DNA of 64,000 nt from Callorhinchus milii (Eukaryota): NCBI RefSeq assembly GCF_018977255.1, contig NW_024704743.1:111726001-111790000 (forward strand), given 5' to 3'. The notes under the pieces were generated by a model. That model did not search any database, was not told the DNA's origin, and was given only the letters and a program-made list of their open reading frames with translations. Of the stretch, positions 11,651-25,363 are shown one piece after another (positions within the stretch are counted from its first letter, which is position 1; each line of letters begins with the position of its first letter). The position numbers and the translations under genes were made by a program.

Positions 11651-11939
11651 TGCTTCTTTATTACTGATTACAATATGTCCTTTTGTGTTCTAGACAACTA
11701 ATCTACACAATGCCTAACTAGATGAATGAAATTTAGCATAATGTTATTGCCAAATGACTTGCATTAATGGTCTGTTCCAAACTGAAGTAAAGTCATTTGT
11801 TTCAATTAACTTCAGGTCCCCTGTCTCAAAATGACTGAATTTCATCAGCAGCATATTGTAAATTCCAACCAATTTCCCCAAAATGCACTCTAACCCCTTT
11901 ATTCCACCTACACATAATCTATAAATTTCCACAAAACAG

Positions 11940-12220
11940 GTGCATTGTCAGAGATGCAGTCATTTGAGACATTAAACTGAAGTCCTGTCTGCCTTTACAA
12001 GTGGCTATTAAAGACCCCACAGCATTATTTGAAAAGATGAGCTTCCACTGTCCTGGCCAACAAGTGCCCTCAATAAAAATGAGTTGTTCATCTCACGACT
12101 GTTTGTAGGACCATGCTGTATGCAATTGTGTGCCATGTTTAGTACAAAGATAGGCACTACATTTTACAGGAAACTCGGTGAAAAGTTTTAAGATGTTTAA
12201 ATATAAGGTACTATATCAAA
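11940..12220 (+). mobile_element. Old Deu-domain SINE remnant
   Basis: gagacattaaactgaagtcctgtctgc...gtggctattaaagaccccacagcattatttgaa...gtcctggccaac. Similar copies at about 7130-7370, 33000-33330 and 56157-56480. Confidence 0.6.
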
Positions 12221-15200
12221 TTAGGTTTTTATACGTTTAAGTTCTATACCATGTCACCATAAATTAAAGATGATCGAATCAATTCACTATTTTTATTCTA
12301 TTATTAAACTGACTGCCCACAGCCTTGTGGTGTCTGCCCGACGTGATAGGCGCTATACAAATGTAGTGTTGTTGTTGTGAAATGAGGCTGCCATTTCATT
12401 TCATTTCATGGAAGTTCAAAGTCTTAAGAAACAGGATTGAGGGCTCACGAATGATTGAGTGACTAGGTTAGGCATTCAGATACAGAAGGTGCCTGACTCG
12501 AACTCTGGGCTATGCTGAATTAGCTGTCTCAGCCAGGTGGCATTTATGGCACAAGAATTAACTTCAATGCCCTGGGTTAGGAAGGGAAAAATCAGTCAAT
12601 GCCATTTGGAATGGTAATCCAGTGACCCCGCTGGAGGTACAGTGGATGGTTCTCAAGACAGGACTTAGTGTTTATACCTGAAAACACTCGCAACAATTGA
12701 AAACAATGGTTACTTGGGCGAGGTATCGGAGGTGCCCAGAATCCTCTGCAATCTAAGAAGAAAGGAGTTGAATGTCATCAGAGTTGGAAGGAGGGAGAAA
12801 CATCGCTGAGGGGATAAAATAACTAGACCACAATTGTTGGGTTGGAGATTAGATTTGAAACAGACTAATTTGTGAATGTTAATGAAGTTTTGGAGTAAAT
12901 ATTTTTGTGTAAATATTTTTGTGTAAACATTTTAATTAATCATTACTTAGGACCGTGCTAAAAAAAAGTTTTTTTTAGAAAAACAATTGTTTTTAGTATT
13001 GCAATGCTATTTTAATAGTGTCTCTATTAGCCACAGCTGCTGTATCCATTTGAATTAATAAAATGGTGATTCATACAAATGTCCACTAGATTAAGTTTAG
13101 TGTATTAAATCGTTATTTAAAGAGGTAAAATATGTAAATAAGCCCTCTGAATTAATCGCTGCAAGGGAAACAAAATAGCTTTTTAGACCATTTGCACATC
13201 CTTTCACTAATAGTTCACAAAGGCCTTTCATTCATTATGTCACCCCAGAATTCGGAACACTATTGTGGCTGCTCTTGCTTTGAGTTATATTTTTCCATAA
13301 AGTGTATCTCATAAAAATTCATTATATAAGAGCATAAACAAGAGCTTTTCGTTCCAGTCACTGGCAGTAAGTGATTCATCAGTTTTCCTCAGAAAACCAA
13401 TTTCATTGCAGATTCAGTAATTTCCAATCTTACTGAATTGGATGAGGGTGGGGGAGGGGAAACTATCAAACAGTCCCAATACGAGGAATGTGAGAACAAA
13501 AAAGACTTGCACTCAGTCTTTTAATGCAATGGAATACCATCTGCTGTCTCATCAGTTTTACAAAATAATCAAAAGGTAATCAGCCTGTCATTTCCTTATT
13601 CGTGCACTGCAAGAGTCATCAATTTACCTTTCTCTGCTGATCCTGCTACATGTATATGGTGTCCAGCAGATAAACCTCATATGTGTCTACCTCTTTAATA
13701 ATTCATTACTTTGTTCCATTCATTATGCATCGCTTTTTACAATGAAAATTAGTTTTTTTTCCAAATCGATCTTCGCACAAAGTGTACATTAGATTTACAC
13801 TTCTAATCATCCATGCCTTCCTTCCCCACCACCCCCCATTAAAAACTATATTTTGTAAACCTGAATGTGTCTGTGAAGAGACTATAATATAATCCTGAAA
13901 CCATGCTTTTGGATGTTTACACAGTGGAAATTTAAAAAAATCTATCGCTTCAAATCCCACTGCCTGATATTTTGTTTCCTACGTATACTGCAAATCAGTT
14001 ATGACTGCTATGATTTCAGATCTTGCCCATATTCTGGAAAGACAAAAGTATTGAGGATAACCAAGCAGTTTTATTGAAATTGCACAACTTCACCCTTTAT
14101 TTCAGATTTAAAAACGCAACATTGAAAATGTAATAAAATGTCATGAGAACACCATACAGGACATTAATACAACAGAAATTGCCACCACATCAAAGAACAA
14201 ATCTATATATTCTTTGCTGAGAGTAGTAAATTCTCTTTTTCTAAACCATTAGAGGGGATAAAAGCTAGATTTGTATGTTAACTTTTAATAAAATCGGGAA
14301 TGCAACACTATGGTGATTATTAAGCTCCTGCTACCAAATGAAAAATACTTAGTCCATAAGTGGCTGAATAAATTAAAGTTTGCACCAGAGTAAAATTTCA
14401 CAAGGTTTATTTTCATCTCAAATTAAGAAATGTAATAATCTTTTTCTCAGCAGGTACCACACTTTGCTACTCTCTAGCACATGCAGTAAATTCCTAGTCA
14501 ATGAATTTTGTGGAAGATGCGTAAGCCCTGTAGAGAATTTCCACAGCTTCCCTCTAATATCCCCACAGCTCAGATAAGTTAGTCTCAATAGCACCATTGA
14601 GTCAAAGCCTTCTGCCCTCAGCTAGTTTCCAAGATCGCAGAGTGACAGCTCTTTTCTTTGTCTCTCTAGGGGTTCTAAGCATAGCAATCTTACCATCTCC
14701 TTTCTCTGCAGTGTTCAATTCATTCCCAGTTTGGGAAACTAGCACTTGCTGGTTGACTTCTGGGTTAATCGTAGCTCAAACGGAAGCACCCATTTGGTGA
14801 AAAACTGTTTTGTGGACTGCTGATACCTTGATCTACAGACTACTAAGAATGTGCACCCTCCTTCACTCTAACTACAGACTGCCCTGTTTCGCAACCAAAT
14901 TAATTGCTGAAGTGACCTTTCAGTATGAGAAATAACATCTTTTTAGTTCCTCCCTTTAGAACAAAAGAAAAGCTTACAAAAAAAGATACCTGGCCATTCA
15001 CTCTGGACATAAGACTTGGGGCTGAACTGAAAGCATGGAAGCCTACACACCATGTCCCACCACAGGGTATATCATGGGTACTTTGATGCTGGGTTCAAAA
15101 CTGATATCCAATCCTCGGGTACATCTTTCAAAAATATAGTGAAATCTTTTAAAAAGTAGAAAAAGAGAGAAACCCATTTGTACGTGTTAATTTACAAAGC

Positions 15201-16124
15201 TGTGCTGGTTCAATTTTTCAATGCATTTATTCTCATCATGAAATTATAAAAATGTATTTTGAGTCTGCAAGATCCTTCAGGCAAGGAAATACTTGGGTCT
15301 CTTATTAAAAAGATGTCCACGCAGTGGTAAATGGTTTGATGTACAATTTATGATTTAGAATCAGATGATTTTGACCCAAGCACATTAAGTAAAAATAATC
15401 CATAGACATTGCTGGGAATTGATACTGCAACTGCTTAGATTCCAGTTACTTGAAATGAGTGACAGTTGATGCAGTTAGTGATATGGCTGATGGCAAAATT
15501 GTTCCAGAACACAGTGCATAGTATTATTTTACTGTCTTTGAATGGCTTTGTATTTCTGGATTTGCTTCAGAAGGTCAAAAACAATTGCTTAAACTCAGGT
15601 AATATCCTGGGGGTAAATTCCAGCTGGCCTTGTCGACTCAGTTCAGGTCAGCCCAAGGTCAAGCAAAAGCCTCAATAACTTACAAAAAGAGCTGTATCTT
15701 CATGCTTGTAGTGGATTCTTTCCTTGTATCAAAAGAGTTCCTGTTTCCATCAAACAGCGGAACCCAATAGGAAAACAAATGCTGCTTCACTGTCTTCATG
15801 GTGATTTTTCAAAATGAGCTTCCAGATTTTTGTTTCAACTTTTATTTGCCTTGGCGATTTGGCTGTCCTACTAGGCAAGGCACCTGAATACATCTCCTGG
15901 TCTCTCTCATTTCTGGACTGTTTACAAGTAATTTAATTGACTTCACACTGGCTAAATAGAGATTTATTTATGAGATCGATCTCCCGAGTTCTCAATATGA
16001 ATAGATCCATTAGGATTTCTTACATAAGCCTCTCCTGACCCAGTTGACAGTCATATCTGGCAAAGCAACCCTAAAAGTGCTATTGCACAACTTTCTGATG
16101 TAGATGTAACGGTGTTACTAAGAC

Positions 16125-16517
16125 AAACAACAAAAAAGTTACATAACGCCTTTCACGTCAGGAGGACATCCCAAGGCACTGGACAATTAGTGTTTGGACC
16201 CGAGCTGGGGGTCGGGATCAGGGAGGGTGGAAGGTAGGGGTGGGGTAAGCAGGGTGATCAAGGCATGGTCAAAGAGGAGAGTCGTGAGATGGGTCTTGAA
16301 GGAGGCAAGAGATGGGGCAAGGCGAAGCGACTGCGGGATGGAGTACCAGGGGGTGGGGCAGAGTGGCTGAAGGCCCGCCTGCCAGTGGTGGATCGGGTGA
16401 AGCAGGAGATGTGAAACAGGCTGGATCCTGTAGGTTGGTAGGTGGTTAGGAGTTCACAAGTTGCAAGGCCATGGAGGGCTTTGAAGGTGAAGACCAGGAT
16501 CTTGAACTGTATCCTCT
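16125..16517 (-). mobile_element. L2 LINE 3' fragment
   Basis: QRIQFKILVFTFKALHGLA...GRRAFSHSAP plus the hairpin tail. Confidence 0.85.
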
Positions 16518-18839
16518 GTGAAAAGTATACAAACAATAGAAAGCAAATAAAGGCACAGATTTCCCTGACAACTATCATCTCAACAAATGATATTACAGTC
16601 CACTATACAGGCATAATTAATCCCAATAAATGGTTATTTTACGTGACACATAATACTGTTAAAATGTATTAAATTATCTATCAGCATCTATACAATCTAT
16701 AAGTAATTAAACAATGGCTATTCCATCAATGTGACACAAAAAAATATTTTCCTGTCATCTTCTCCTGTATACTCTCCCTCAGATTCTTCTCTGAACATTG
16801 CCTGGTATGTTTCCATCAGGCTTCAATATAATTCCACCATCAATCCAGTCTAAATTACAATCCCTACATTATCATGAATAAAGCTGACACTTTTAGTCTA
16901 TTACTTCATGCATTTTTCTTTCCCTTCCATGCAAAATTGGAATATTTGAGCCCTGGCTTGACACATCCATTGAGTGCCATACAATGTGGTAGCTCATTAC
17001 AAGTGTAGCAAGCATGATGGAAGAGTTTTCCCAATAATCCAGTCAGATTTGTCTCCTTTAGTCAGATAAAACATATTGTGAAATTGCATGAGCTAATCTA
17101 ATGCTATACTCATCAACAAGCTTTAGATATATCTTAAATTTATTTTTGGATCAGAGCTCCCCTTATTTCACTGCTTTTCTCTCGATAACTAGCAGACACA
17201 AAAGGCATGATTTTATGTTTTGCCAATGTCACAATAATGCTTAGAGATTTTCTGCAGGTTTTGTCTGCTCTTTGCAGTGTTGACTACACTACAACATATT
17301 TTCTTGCAGTCAATGTGTCCTGCCGCTATATGCATGCCCTATGGCATGTTGGAGCACTTAGCACTTGTGTAAATGATGTAGACCATCACATTTTAAGCCA
17401 CATGTGCTATTTTATATGCCAATTTGTAGACACTAAGCGGTAATTGCCTGTGGCATTGTTAAAACCACTTTTCATGAGGTTAAATGCAGGACCAGCATAT
17501 AAAATACAGCTGCATCTGTCATCACCAAGACAATTCCAAAATGTCGAAAAGCTTCCCCCCACCAAAAAAAAGCGTAGTTTATTCTTCACAGGTTTATATT
17601 TAACAAAAGGATCCTATATGGTTTGGATCAGGAAATACAAGTGGCTTACAAGACAACGTAAAACCCTTGAACCTCACTACTTTATCAGTATATTTAAAAC
17701 CTCATGATTACGTCATAGCAGATGGAACTGCTAACTTTATCCATATTTTGTTTCATTCCTCTACAAAGACTGCAACAGACAATCTTCATCCAGTTCACAA
17801 ATTCTTAATTTTTTTAGGAGATATTGCTACCCTCCAAGTAGGAATCTGAGTAACATCACACAGTTATGGTGCTATGTGATGGGTGCTCATAATCATGAAA
17901 GCCCTTCTACACATAAGATCTTATATTTTTGAAATACCCGCCTACCCATTACCCTAATGGGTAGTGTGGTCCTAGCTGGATAAGCAGTCAAAAAGCTTGC
18001 CAGACAGTGCTATCAATAGAAAGCCTTGCAGTTTTAGCCAATGACCAGCCATATGGATACCCTATCAATCTCTTTTTGTAAAACTTTTCCCGCAAATGCT
18101 TTATTGTTTCTCAATCAGATCTCACAGAATAGTTGAAGGTGATAACATTGTCTGATTATTTTTAAGCATTAACACTTTGTTAAAGCCTACATTTTGTGTG
18201 CATGTGTATTTTAGTTTCCTTTACATTTTTCCTATTTAATGGTCCATCTAATTATGTACCTAACCTCTTACATTGATGGATGGGTGGATAGATTTACCAT
18301 ATATAGTATTTACATTGCTTTGATACNTTTTTTTTCTACCTTTCTGCAGCAAATCATTCTGTCCTTTATATTAGTAACGTCACACTTCGAGTTATCCACT
18401 CCATCTAGGCTGTTATTTCTTGCTGAGTGAGTGAGGACTTGATTTCTCGGATGGAGAACTGAGAAAGACTGGCTGGTCTGACATTTAAGCTGTTTTATCT
18501 TTTGGTCCCCTCAAACCACTCCATCAAGCCAGTGGAGGACCTTTTAATAACAGGGTAGATTCACTTTTGAGTCTATTTCAGCTCGTCTCTTATTGCTATG
18601 CTTTGGGTAGCCGCAGGGGAAATTTATAATTTTATGGACCCTCTCAAAAAGAAAGTGAACATTTTGGTCAGAAAATGTTGCTTCTGAAACTTTTCTACTG
18701 TTTACTTTGTTGTCACCATCACTTGTCTTTACCTTATTTATAGCAATGCTATTTCATGTATGTCCATTATTTCCAGATATTTTACCATAATGTAGATCTC
18801 ATATTCCTGGCTGGCAGACTATAGTTTAAAGTAAAGTGA

Positions 18840-19930
18840 AGTCCTGTAGCTCAGTGGTTAGAGCGCTTGCCTTGCAAGTGAGAGACCTGGGTTCGATTCC
18901 CAACAGGGCGAAAACTTGGGCAAGTTTCCTTACTCCACACACCTGATAATAATCCCTCAAGAAAAAAAGAAATAATTTGGTCACTTCAACAACAACAACA
19001 AGATTACATTTGTATAGCGCCTTTCACGTTGGGAGCACGTCCCAAGGCGCTGGACAGAGTACAGCATTTCAGACCCAAGCTGGGGTCGGGTGGGGGGAAA
19101 GGGAAGGGAGGGGAAATGGGGTGGCCGATGGCATGGTCGTGGAGGAGGGTCTTGAGGCGGGACTTGAAGGAGACTAAGGAGGGGGCAAGGCGGAGTGACC
19201 GGGGGATGGAATTCCAGAGGTTGGGGGCAGAATGGCTGAAGGCTCTCCCATCAATGGTGGGGCGGGTGGGTCGGGGGACATGGAGCAGGCCAGAGCCGGC
19301 TGAGCAGAGGGAGCGGGCGGGTTGGTAGGGGGTTAGGAGGTCGCAGAGGTAGGGTGGGGTGAGGCCATGGAGGGCTTTATATGTGAGGACCATGATCTTG
19401 AACTGGATCCTCTGAAGGATAGGGAGCCAATGGAGTTGGGCGAGAGTTGGGGAGATGGGGTCACGGAGTTTGGTGCAGGAGAGGACACGGGCTGCAGAGT
19501 TCTGGATTATCTGCAGCCTGTGGAGGAAGGAGTTGGGAAGGCTGACAAGCAGGGTATTTGCATAGTCGAGCCTGGAGGTGATGAAGGCATGAACAAGAGT
19601 TTCAGGGGCCTGAGGGGTGAGGTAGTGGCGGAGTCGGGCGATGTTACGGAGGTGAGGGGAAGGCAGAGCAGGTCATGGCTTGAATGTGGGGAAGAAAAGA
19701 CAGTTGACGGTCGAACAAGACACCTAGGTTCCTGACTGGCTTGGTGAGTTGTAGTGTGCAACCACTTCAATCCACGACTGCTTGTGGGACACAGCTGTGT
19801 GCAATTGGCTGCCGGGTTTCGCCCACAAATAAACAGTCAATTCACTTTACAGTATATTCTGTGAAGCACTTTGAGATGTCTAGAAGTGAAAAGCGCTATA
19901 TCAAATCCAAGGATTATTATTATTATTATT
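18840..19930 (+). mobile_element. tRNA-derived SINE (18840-18989 plus 19763-19930) split by a minus-strand L2 insertion
   Basis: Cloverleaf-like head at 18840-18911. SINE body resumes at 19763 and ends in (att)n. The 8-bp duplication cacttcaa occurs at 18982 and 19763. Confidence 0.85.
18990..19762 (-). mobile_element. 5'-truncated L2 LINE inserted into a SINE
   Basis: VLTYKALHGLTPPYLCDLLTPYQPARSL...RAFSHSAPNLWNSIP...FKSRLKTLL, with hairpin and (ttg)n tail. Confidence 0.9.
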
Positions 19931-22499
19931 AAATGGTTAATGCAGTATTAGTATAGATAAATGTAAAATGATCACATTGTGTCAACAATGCAGGCTGCAG
20001 ATTCAGAATATAGTCTAAACATTAAAATGAGATTTTTTGTATTAGCTTGATGACCTCCAAGCCCTAGTTTGATGAATGTGTATGGTAATGGACACCTTTA
20101 TACTGTTTCAAATTCTAAATTAACTTACTCAAGTGTTTCGCAGAAGCAAAGCATTAATTGATCATTTTTATGATTCTTACTCTTCCCTACTGTGGTTAAA
20201 TCTGTTTAACTGAGCATTCTCTCTCTCTCTCTCATGTCCAATTTATTCCATTGGAAGTGAAGCAATAGCTCTTCCAGCAGTAATGTGATTAGGAGCAGGA
20301 AGCCTGATTTATACTTCCTGTTCCTAATTACATTGGCTGGGGCTGAGGAGATTTCTGTGAATGTGGAACAAGGTGTTAGATTAAAGAGCTAGTGACATGA
20401 CTGAGTCATCAATAACATTAAAAAACAGTTCCTTGAAAGTTCCTGGATCATATATTGGACCACCCCAAACCTGTTTTAAAGGACCACTTCTGAGGGGAAC
20501 TCCAATTGAATTTGTGCTACAGTGATGCAAATTGATGTGCTGCTCAACTACATTGTCAAGGTGGTCTTGGTAGCAGTGTTTCAGCACACTTCTGTTTTGG
20601 ATCATGCTGTTTAACCCTGATGAACACTATTTTCGTTGGCAATTTGTCTTGGACCACATTGTTTCAACTAGACATAAAATTCAGACCATTTATTTTCTGA
20701 GCTAGTTTGGAAGTGTAGCAAGGTTATGAGCAGAGTACACATGTGAAATCAGATTTCATCTTGGGTTCTGTTAGTAACGCTGAGTATCATTATTAACCCT
20801 TTTGTTTTACGCTGTTCTGTGCTCATCAAGCTGAGCTATCGTATCACAGAGAAATGTAACACTTCCTCATTGGGCATCAGTTTTCAGTATCAAACACTCC
20901 TAGGCCAAGTACAGCACAATTAGATAGAGATTAAAATGTGATATACTTTGCTCTAACAATGTATCTCAGCTCCATAAGAACATCCCTTATTGTTCCAGTG
21001 TGCCATCCATTTCCCATACCAGCCATTCTGTCTCAATGAGATTGCCAGTTGATTACTGAATTAAAGGCTATTTATGTCCAGCTCAGCTAGGAATTGAGAT
21101 TGGGCTGCTCAGACTCGTTTCACACAAAGCCTTCACTGCAAAAGACGAGAGATTTTCATCACATCAGTCTTGGGTGTATTCAAACCAAAGTCCCACAAGT
21201 GAAGGGCCAACAACATATAACGTAATCTTAGGTTATTTCATATCTGACATGAAAAACAATTCCATCCAAATCCATTAAGATTTACTTCTAAAGGTAACCA
21301 ATGGATGTAACATAATAACTAGTGCATCAAATTAGGTTAACAATTCTTCTTTCAAAAAAGCACACATTTAAAAAGAAAATCTAGGGCTGAAACTCCTAGG
21401 TAAAGGCCCTCTTAGCTTTGTAGGCTTTAAAAATAAAAAAAACTGAAATTACAGCATACAAGGCCTTTCCTGTATACAATTCTGATTACACCACATCATT
21501 TTGTAGACGACTATCGTCCAACCCATCATTTCTCATATATTTGTTGTTTTGTTCCATGTTCAGAGGAATTCAATCCTCTCTTGAAATTAGTTCATTTTTC
21601 TTCTAAATTGCAATACTGGGGATATTTTGTGTTTAGCCTTACGCCACGAGAGAATTATTACTTCTGTAGTCTTTTCTAATTTATTTAAGGCCTTTGGCAG
21701 AGTCCTTTATTAATCCAACAAGAAAGTGCAGGAATCTCTTGCCCTCTTTTTAAATTGGTTTTCTTCATACTTTAACTCTCAAGCCCAAAATGCACCAGTC
21801 AGCGACACCTCATCAGTAATATACCTGTTAGGACTGGTGTCCCTTTAGGCTCTGTATTTGGAAACCTCCAGTTTCAGTTGCACATTAACATGCAATTTTT
21901 TATGCTAATATGATAACCCTTCACAAACCTTAATGCAATAGATCTATCCCAAGTCTAATATTAATCTAATACACATCTGTTTGGGTGAGCGCCCTTGCAC
22001 CAGAGAAAAAAAAACAGTAACTAGAATAGTAGTACATCCAGGAAGCTGGAATTATTCAGGAATTCACTTGTATGGTTTCCTGGAGTTGGAATATATTATC
22101 TGATTCTTTACTAACCATATGGGGCTTGAATAGATGTCATATTTGTGAGAGCAAGTTCATTCTGAGTCAAATATACAGTATTCGACAATGAATTACATTT
22201 GTGTAGCTCTTTTCAGGTCAGGAGGACATCCCAAGGTGCTGGAATAAGTATAAAACACAGATTATATGCAGCTACTAATTTATGTACCCCACACCAAAGC
22301 ATCCTTTTAGAAATGCAACTTTCAATTCATATCTACTCCTCTCTCCTCATAGAATCAATTTCCTTCCATCCTGCCTTTACACAATCACTTCACACTCAAA
22401 TTCAGAAATATTCTTCACAAGACCACAAAATTGGTTTGGATGGAGAAGATCCTTCAGTTTATTTGATCGCATCTTTCCAAACACCAACCTACCATCTTC

Positions 22500-22710
22500 C
22501 AATAATAATCCTTGTATTTAATATCGCTCCTTATGTCTTTGAGATGTCTCAAAGAGCTTCACAGAATATACCGTAAAATGAATTGACTGTATATTTTGTG
22601 GGCGAAATGTAGCAGATAATTGCGCACAGCAGTGTCCCACAAACAGTCGTGGATTCAGTGACCAAATTATTATTATTTATTTTAGTTTTTTGAAAGGGTT
22701 ATTACAGCAT
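22500..22710 (-). mobile_element. SINE 3' portion
   Basis: Matches the body and tail of the 2529-2854 family. Confidence 0.8.
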
Positions 22711-22877
22711 TAAGCTTTATTTTAAAAAAATGTCCAGGGTCATGGCCTGGCCTCAACCTCACGTTCGATCTGTTAACCACCCTTCCAATCCAGGCAATCT
22801 GTTCAAGTTGCTAATTACCTTCTGCGTAAAGAGCTACTTACTAGTTGTCTGTCCTAAAATTGTTCTTTACAATTCTA

Positions 22878-23215
22878 AACAACAAGAACAAATTGCATTT
22901 ATATAGCGCCTTCCACATGAGGAGGACATCCAAAGGCACTGGACAGTCAAGGGTTTTCACCCAAGCTGGAAGTTGGAATCAAGAGGGATGGTCGGCAAGG
23001 GGATCGGGGGATAACCAAAGGCACTGTTGGAGATGAGGGTCTTGAGACAGGTCTTGAAGGAAGCAAGGGAGGGGATGAAGCAGAGTGGCTCCGTTCTGGG
23101 GTTCCAAAGGGCAGGGGCAAAAAGGCTGAAGGCCTGGCAGGACAGGGGACGTGGAGCAGGCCAATGCCTGCTGAGCAGAGAGAGCGGGCGGGTTGATATG
23201 GGTTTCAGTAGGTCA
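22878..23215 (-). mobile_element. L2 LINE 3' fragment
   Basis: AFSLFAPALWN...SLASFKTCLKTL with the tail at about 22880-22945. Confidence 0.8.
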
Positions 23216-23279
23216 GAGTTCTTGATTGATTCCGAAAATCTCACTCTGAGTTTATTTTTCCAATCCCATTTAAAATTGT

Positions 23280-23640
23280 ATAGACCTTTAAACAATCTCC
23301 TCTGAGACATCTTCTTTAAAGACAGAAAAGCCCCAGCTTCTTTAATCATTGCTCACATGTCACTTCCCTAACAATTGGGATCATCCTAGTTGTTCTCCTC
23401 TGCACTGCCTTTAGATCCTGGATAGACCCTTTGATATCGCAGTAACTGAACCATATGCAGAGCACTAGGTGCAGCCTGACCAGACGCTATATTGCTTGAG
23501 TGTGGCTTCTGAGGATCCAAACTCAATTGATTTGACAATATAGCCCAGCACCCTGTTTCCTTTGTTTATTGCTACCTCGCACTGTTATTGACATGGTGAG
23601 CAATGAGTGAACTAATTCCCTGGATTTCTTTCAGCCTCCT
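23280..23640 (-). mobile_element. Degenerate CR1-like LINE fragment
   Basis: gttgttctcctctgcactgcc...aggtgcagcctgaccagacgctata resembles the antisense of a CR1 RT C-terminus. Similar sequence at about 32260-32790. Confidence 0.55.
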
Positions 23641-25118
23641 CAAATGACGGACCATGTTTTTTTTAAACCCATCTCCTTTTCCAAATTGGCAATAATTATA
23701 TTAAACTGTTGTGAAAACATTCAGTGATGTTTGATGTTATAGCCGCAAATATTGTATGCATGCTTTATATTTTATAATTCATTTTATTGTTCAGGGATCT
23801 CTCTGATCCCAAAAGCTTTAAAGAAGTGTTATTCCTTAATTAGCATTGCTGGTAGAACCTCTATCATTTTGATTCTATCACCAGCTCTCTGCCTGTTAAA
23901 AATATATCGCTGTAATTAGTTTCCAGCAGAGTACTGCTCCATGGTGGAGAAATCATTTTGAATGTAATAGAATAAGTAAAATGTTTTCAAAAATAAGTAA
24001 AATGCTCTAAGACTTTTTATTGGATCAACACAGAGATAAAAAAGAATTTAACTTTTTTATTATTCTCTTTTGAAAATTGTTAATTGAAAATAGGTTGTAT
24101 CTTCATATCCTGGCAGGCACTTTGATTTAAAAAAATAAAAAATTGTTAAAGTTGGCCTGTCCCAAATAATCCTATTGATTGGAGTCTGATGGTGAGTTTA
24201 TCATATCGTGCACCATATTTGAGCAGTCTGTGAAATGGAGTCAAGCCGAAAATGGGAAGGAACTACCAAACCCATCCAGATTGAAAACAGGAACGTTATA
24301 AGGAAAGGTAGAAATTAATATTAATGCAATATGTGTATCAGTAGGTTGTGTCGACCACTTCACAAAGTGGAACTATAGAAAATTGTCTCTGCTGTTGTAA
24401 TAATTGACTATTTGCATCCTGAAGGTGCCCTTTGGTTAAATGCTTATTTATTAGAGGGTTCATCCTCTATATTCCCCTTTTCCTATTAGCATACTGTACA
24501 GAAACAAAATACATTAATAAAACAATTACTTCAACTCCTCTGCTCACTGTTGCGTGGTGATTTGGGGACAATTCTCTCCTCTACAGGTGTAAACTGTTTT
24601 CAGCTACTACCCACACAGAATACACGTCACTTTCCATTGAGCAGCTCCCTCACTTCCAATCCGCAGGAAATTAAGCCAGCAGTGCTCAAACGAGATTTCA
24701 CATCTAGAATTGTATTTTCTGTACGGCAGAAAATCACAATCAAAACCATCCCTTTGTAGATGTTGTGATACATATAAATCATTAGCTAATCACACAGTCT
24801 TTTTAAACAGTAAAATGATAGGCCCAAAGATCTGGCACACTATTAGAAATAAATATCCAAACATAATAAGTGAAATCTTTGAAAGCAATAATTTCATTGC
24901 TACATCTCAATGATTTATTCTGTTACTGTATCATTCATTACACCATTGGCATAGAATCTCTCAGCTGCAGTTTACAGATAGTAAATAGCTTCCACTACTC
25001 CATGTTGACACATTGGTAGGGTACAATTCTTTTAAGAGGTGACACGAGAGGGCATTGGTGCAAAAGATAACATTCAATTTCCAATCGCAATGGAGTAACA
25101 TTGATCTCTTCTGAGATA

Positions 25119-25363
25119 TAATAATAATAATAATCCTTGCATTTGATATAGCGCTTTTCACGTCGGGAGGACGTCCCAAAGCGCTTCACAGAACACACTG
25201 TAAAGTGAATTGACTGTATATTTGTGGGCGAACGCGGCAGCCAATTGCGCACAGCAATGTCCCACAACCAGTCGTAGATTGAAAATGACCAATTTATTAT
25301 TGTTTTTTGTTTTTTTTGGAGGGATTATTATTATTAGGCGTGTGGAGTAAGGAAACTTGCCCA
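25119..25363 (-). mobile_element. Young 5'-truncated SINE inside a 75-bp direct duplication
   Basis: Nearly identical to 2529-2771. The flanking segments 24953-25027 and 25364-25438 are identical. Confidence 0.9.

Noticed and set aside
18327..18327. Single N base
   Set aside because: Assembly ambiguity next to a poly-T run; not biological
18840..18911. Genuine tRNA-Ala gene
   Set aside because: It continues into a SINE body, has stem mismatches, lacks G3:U70 and has no poly-T terminator
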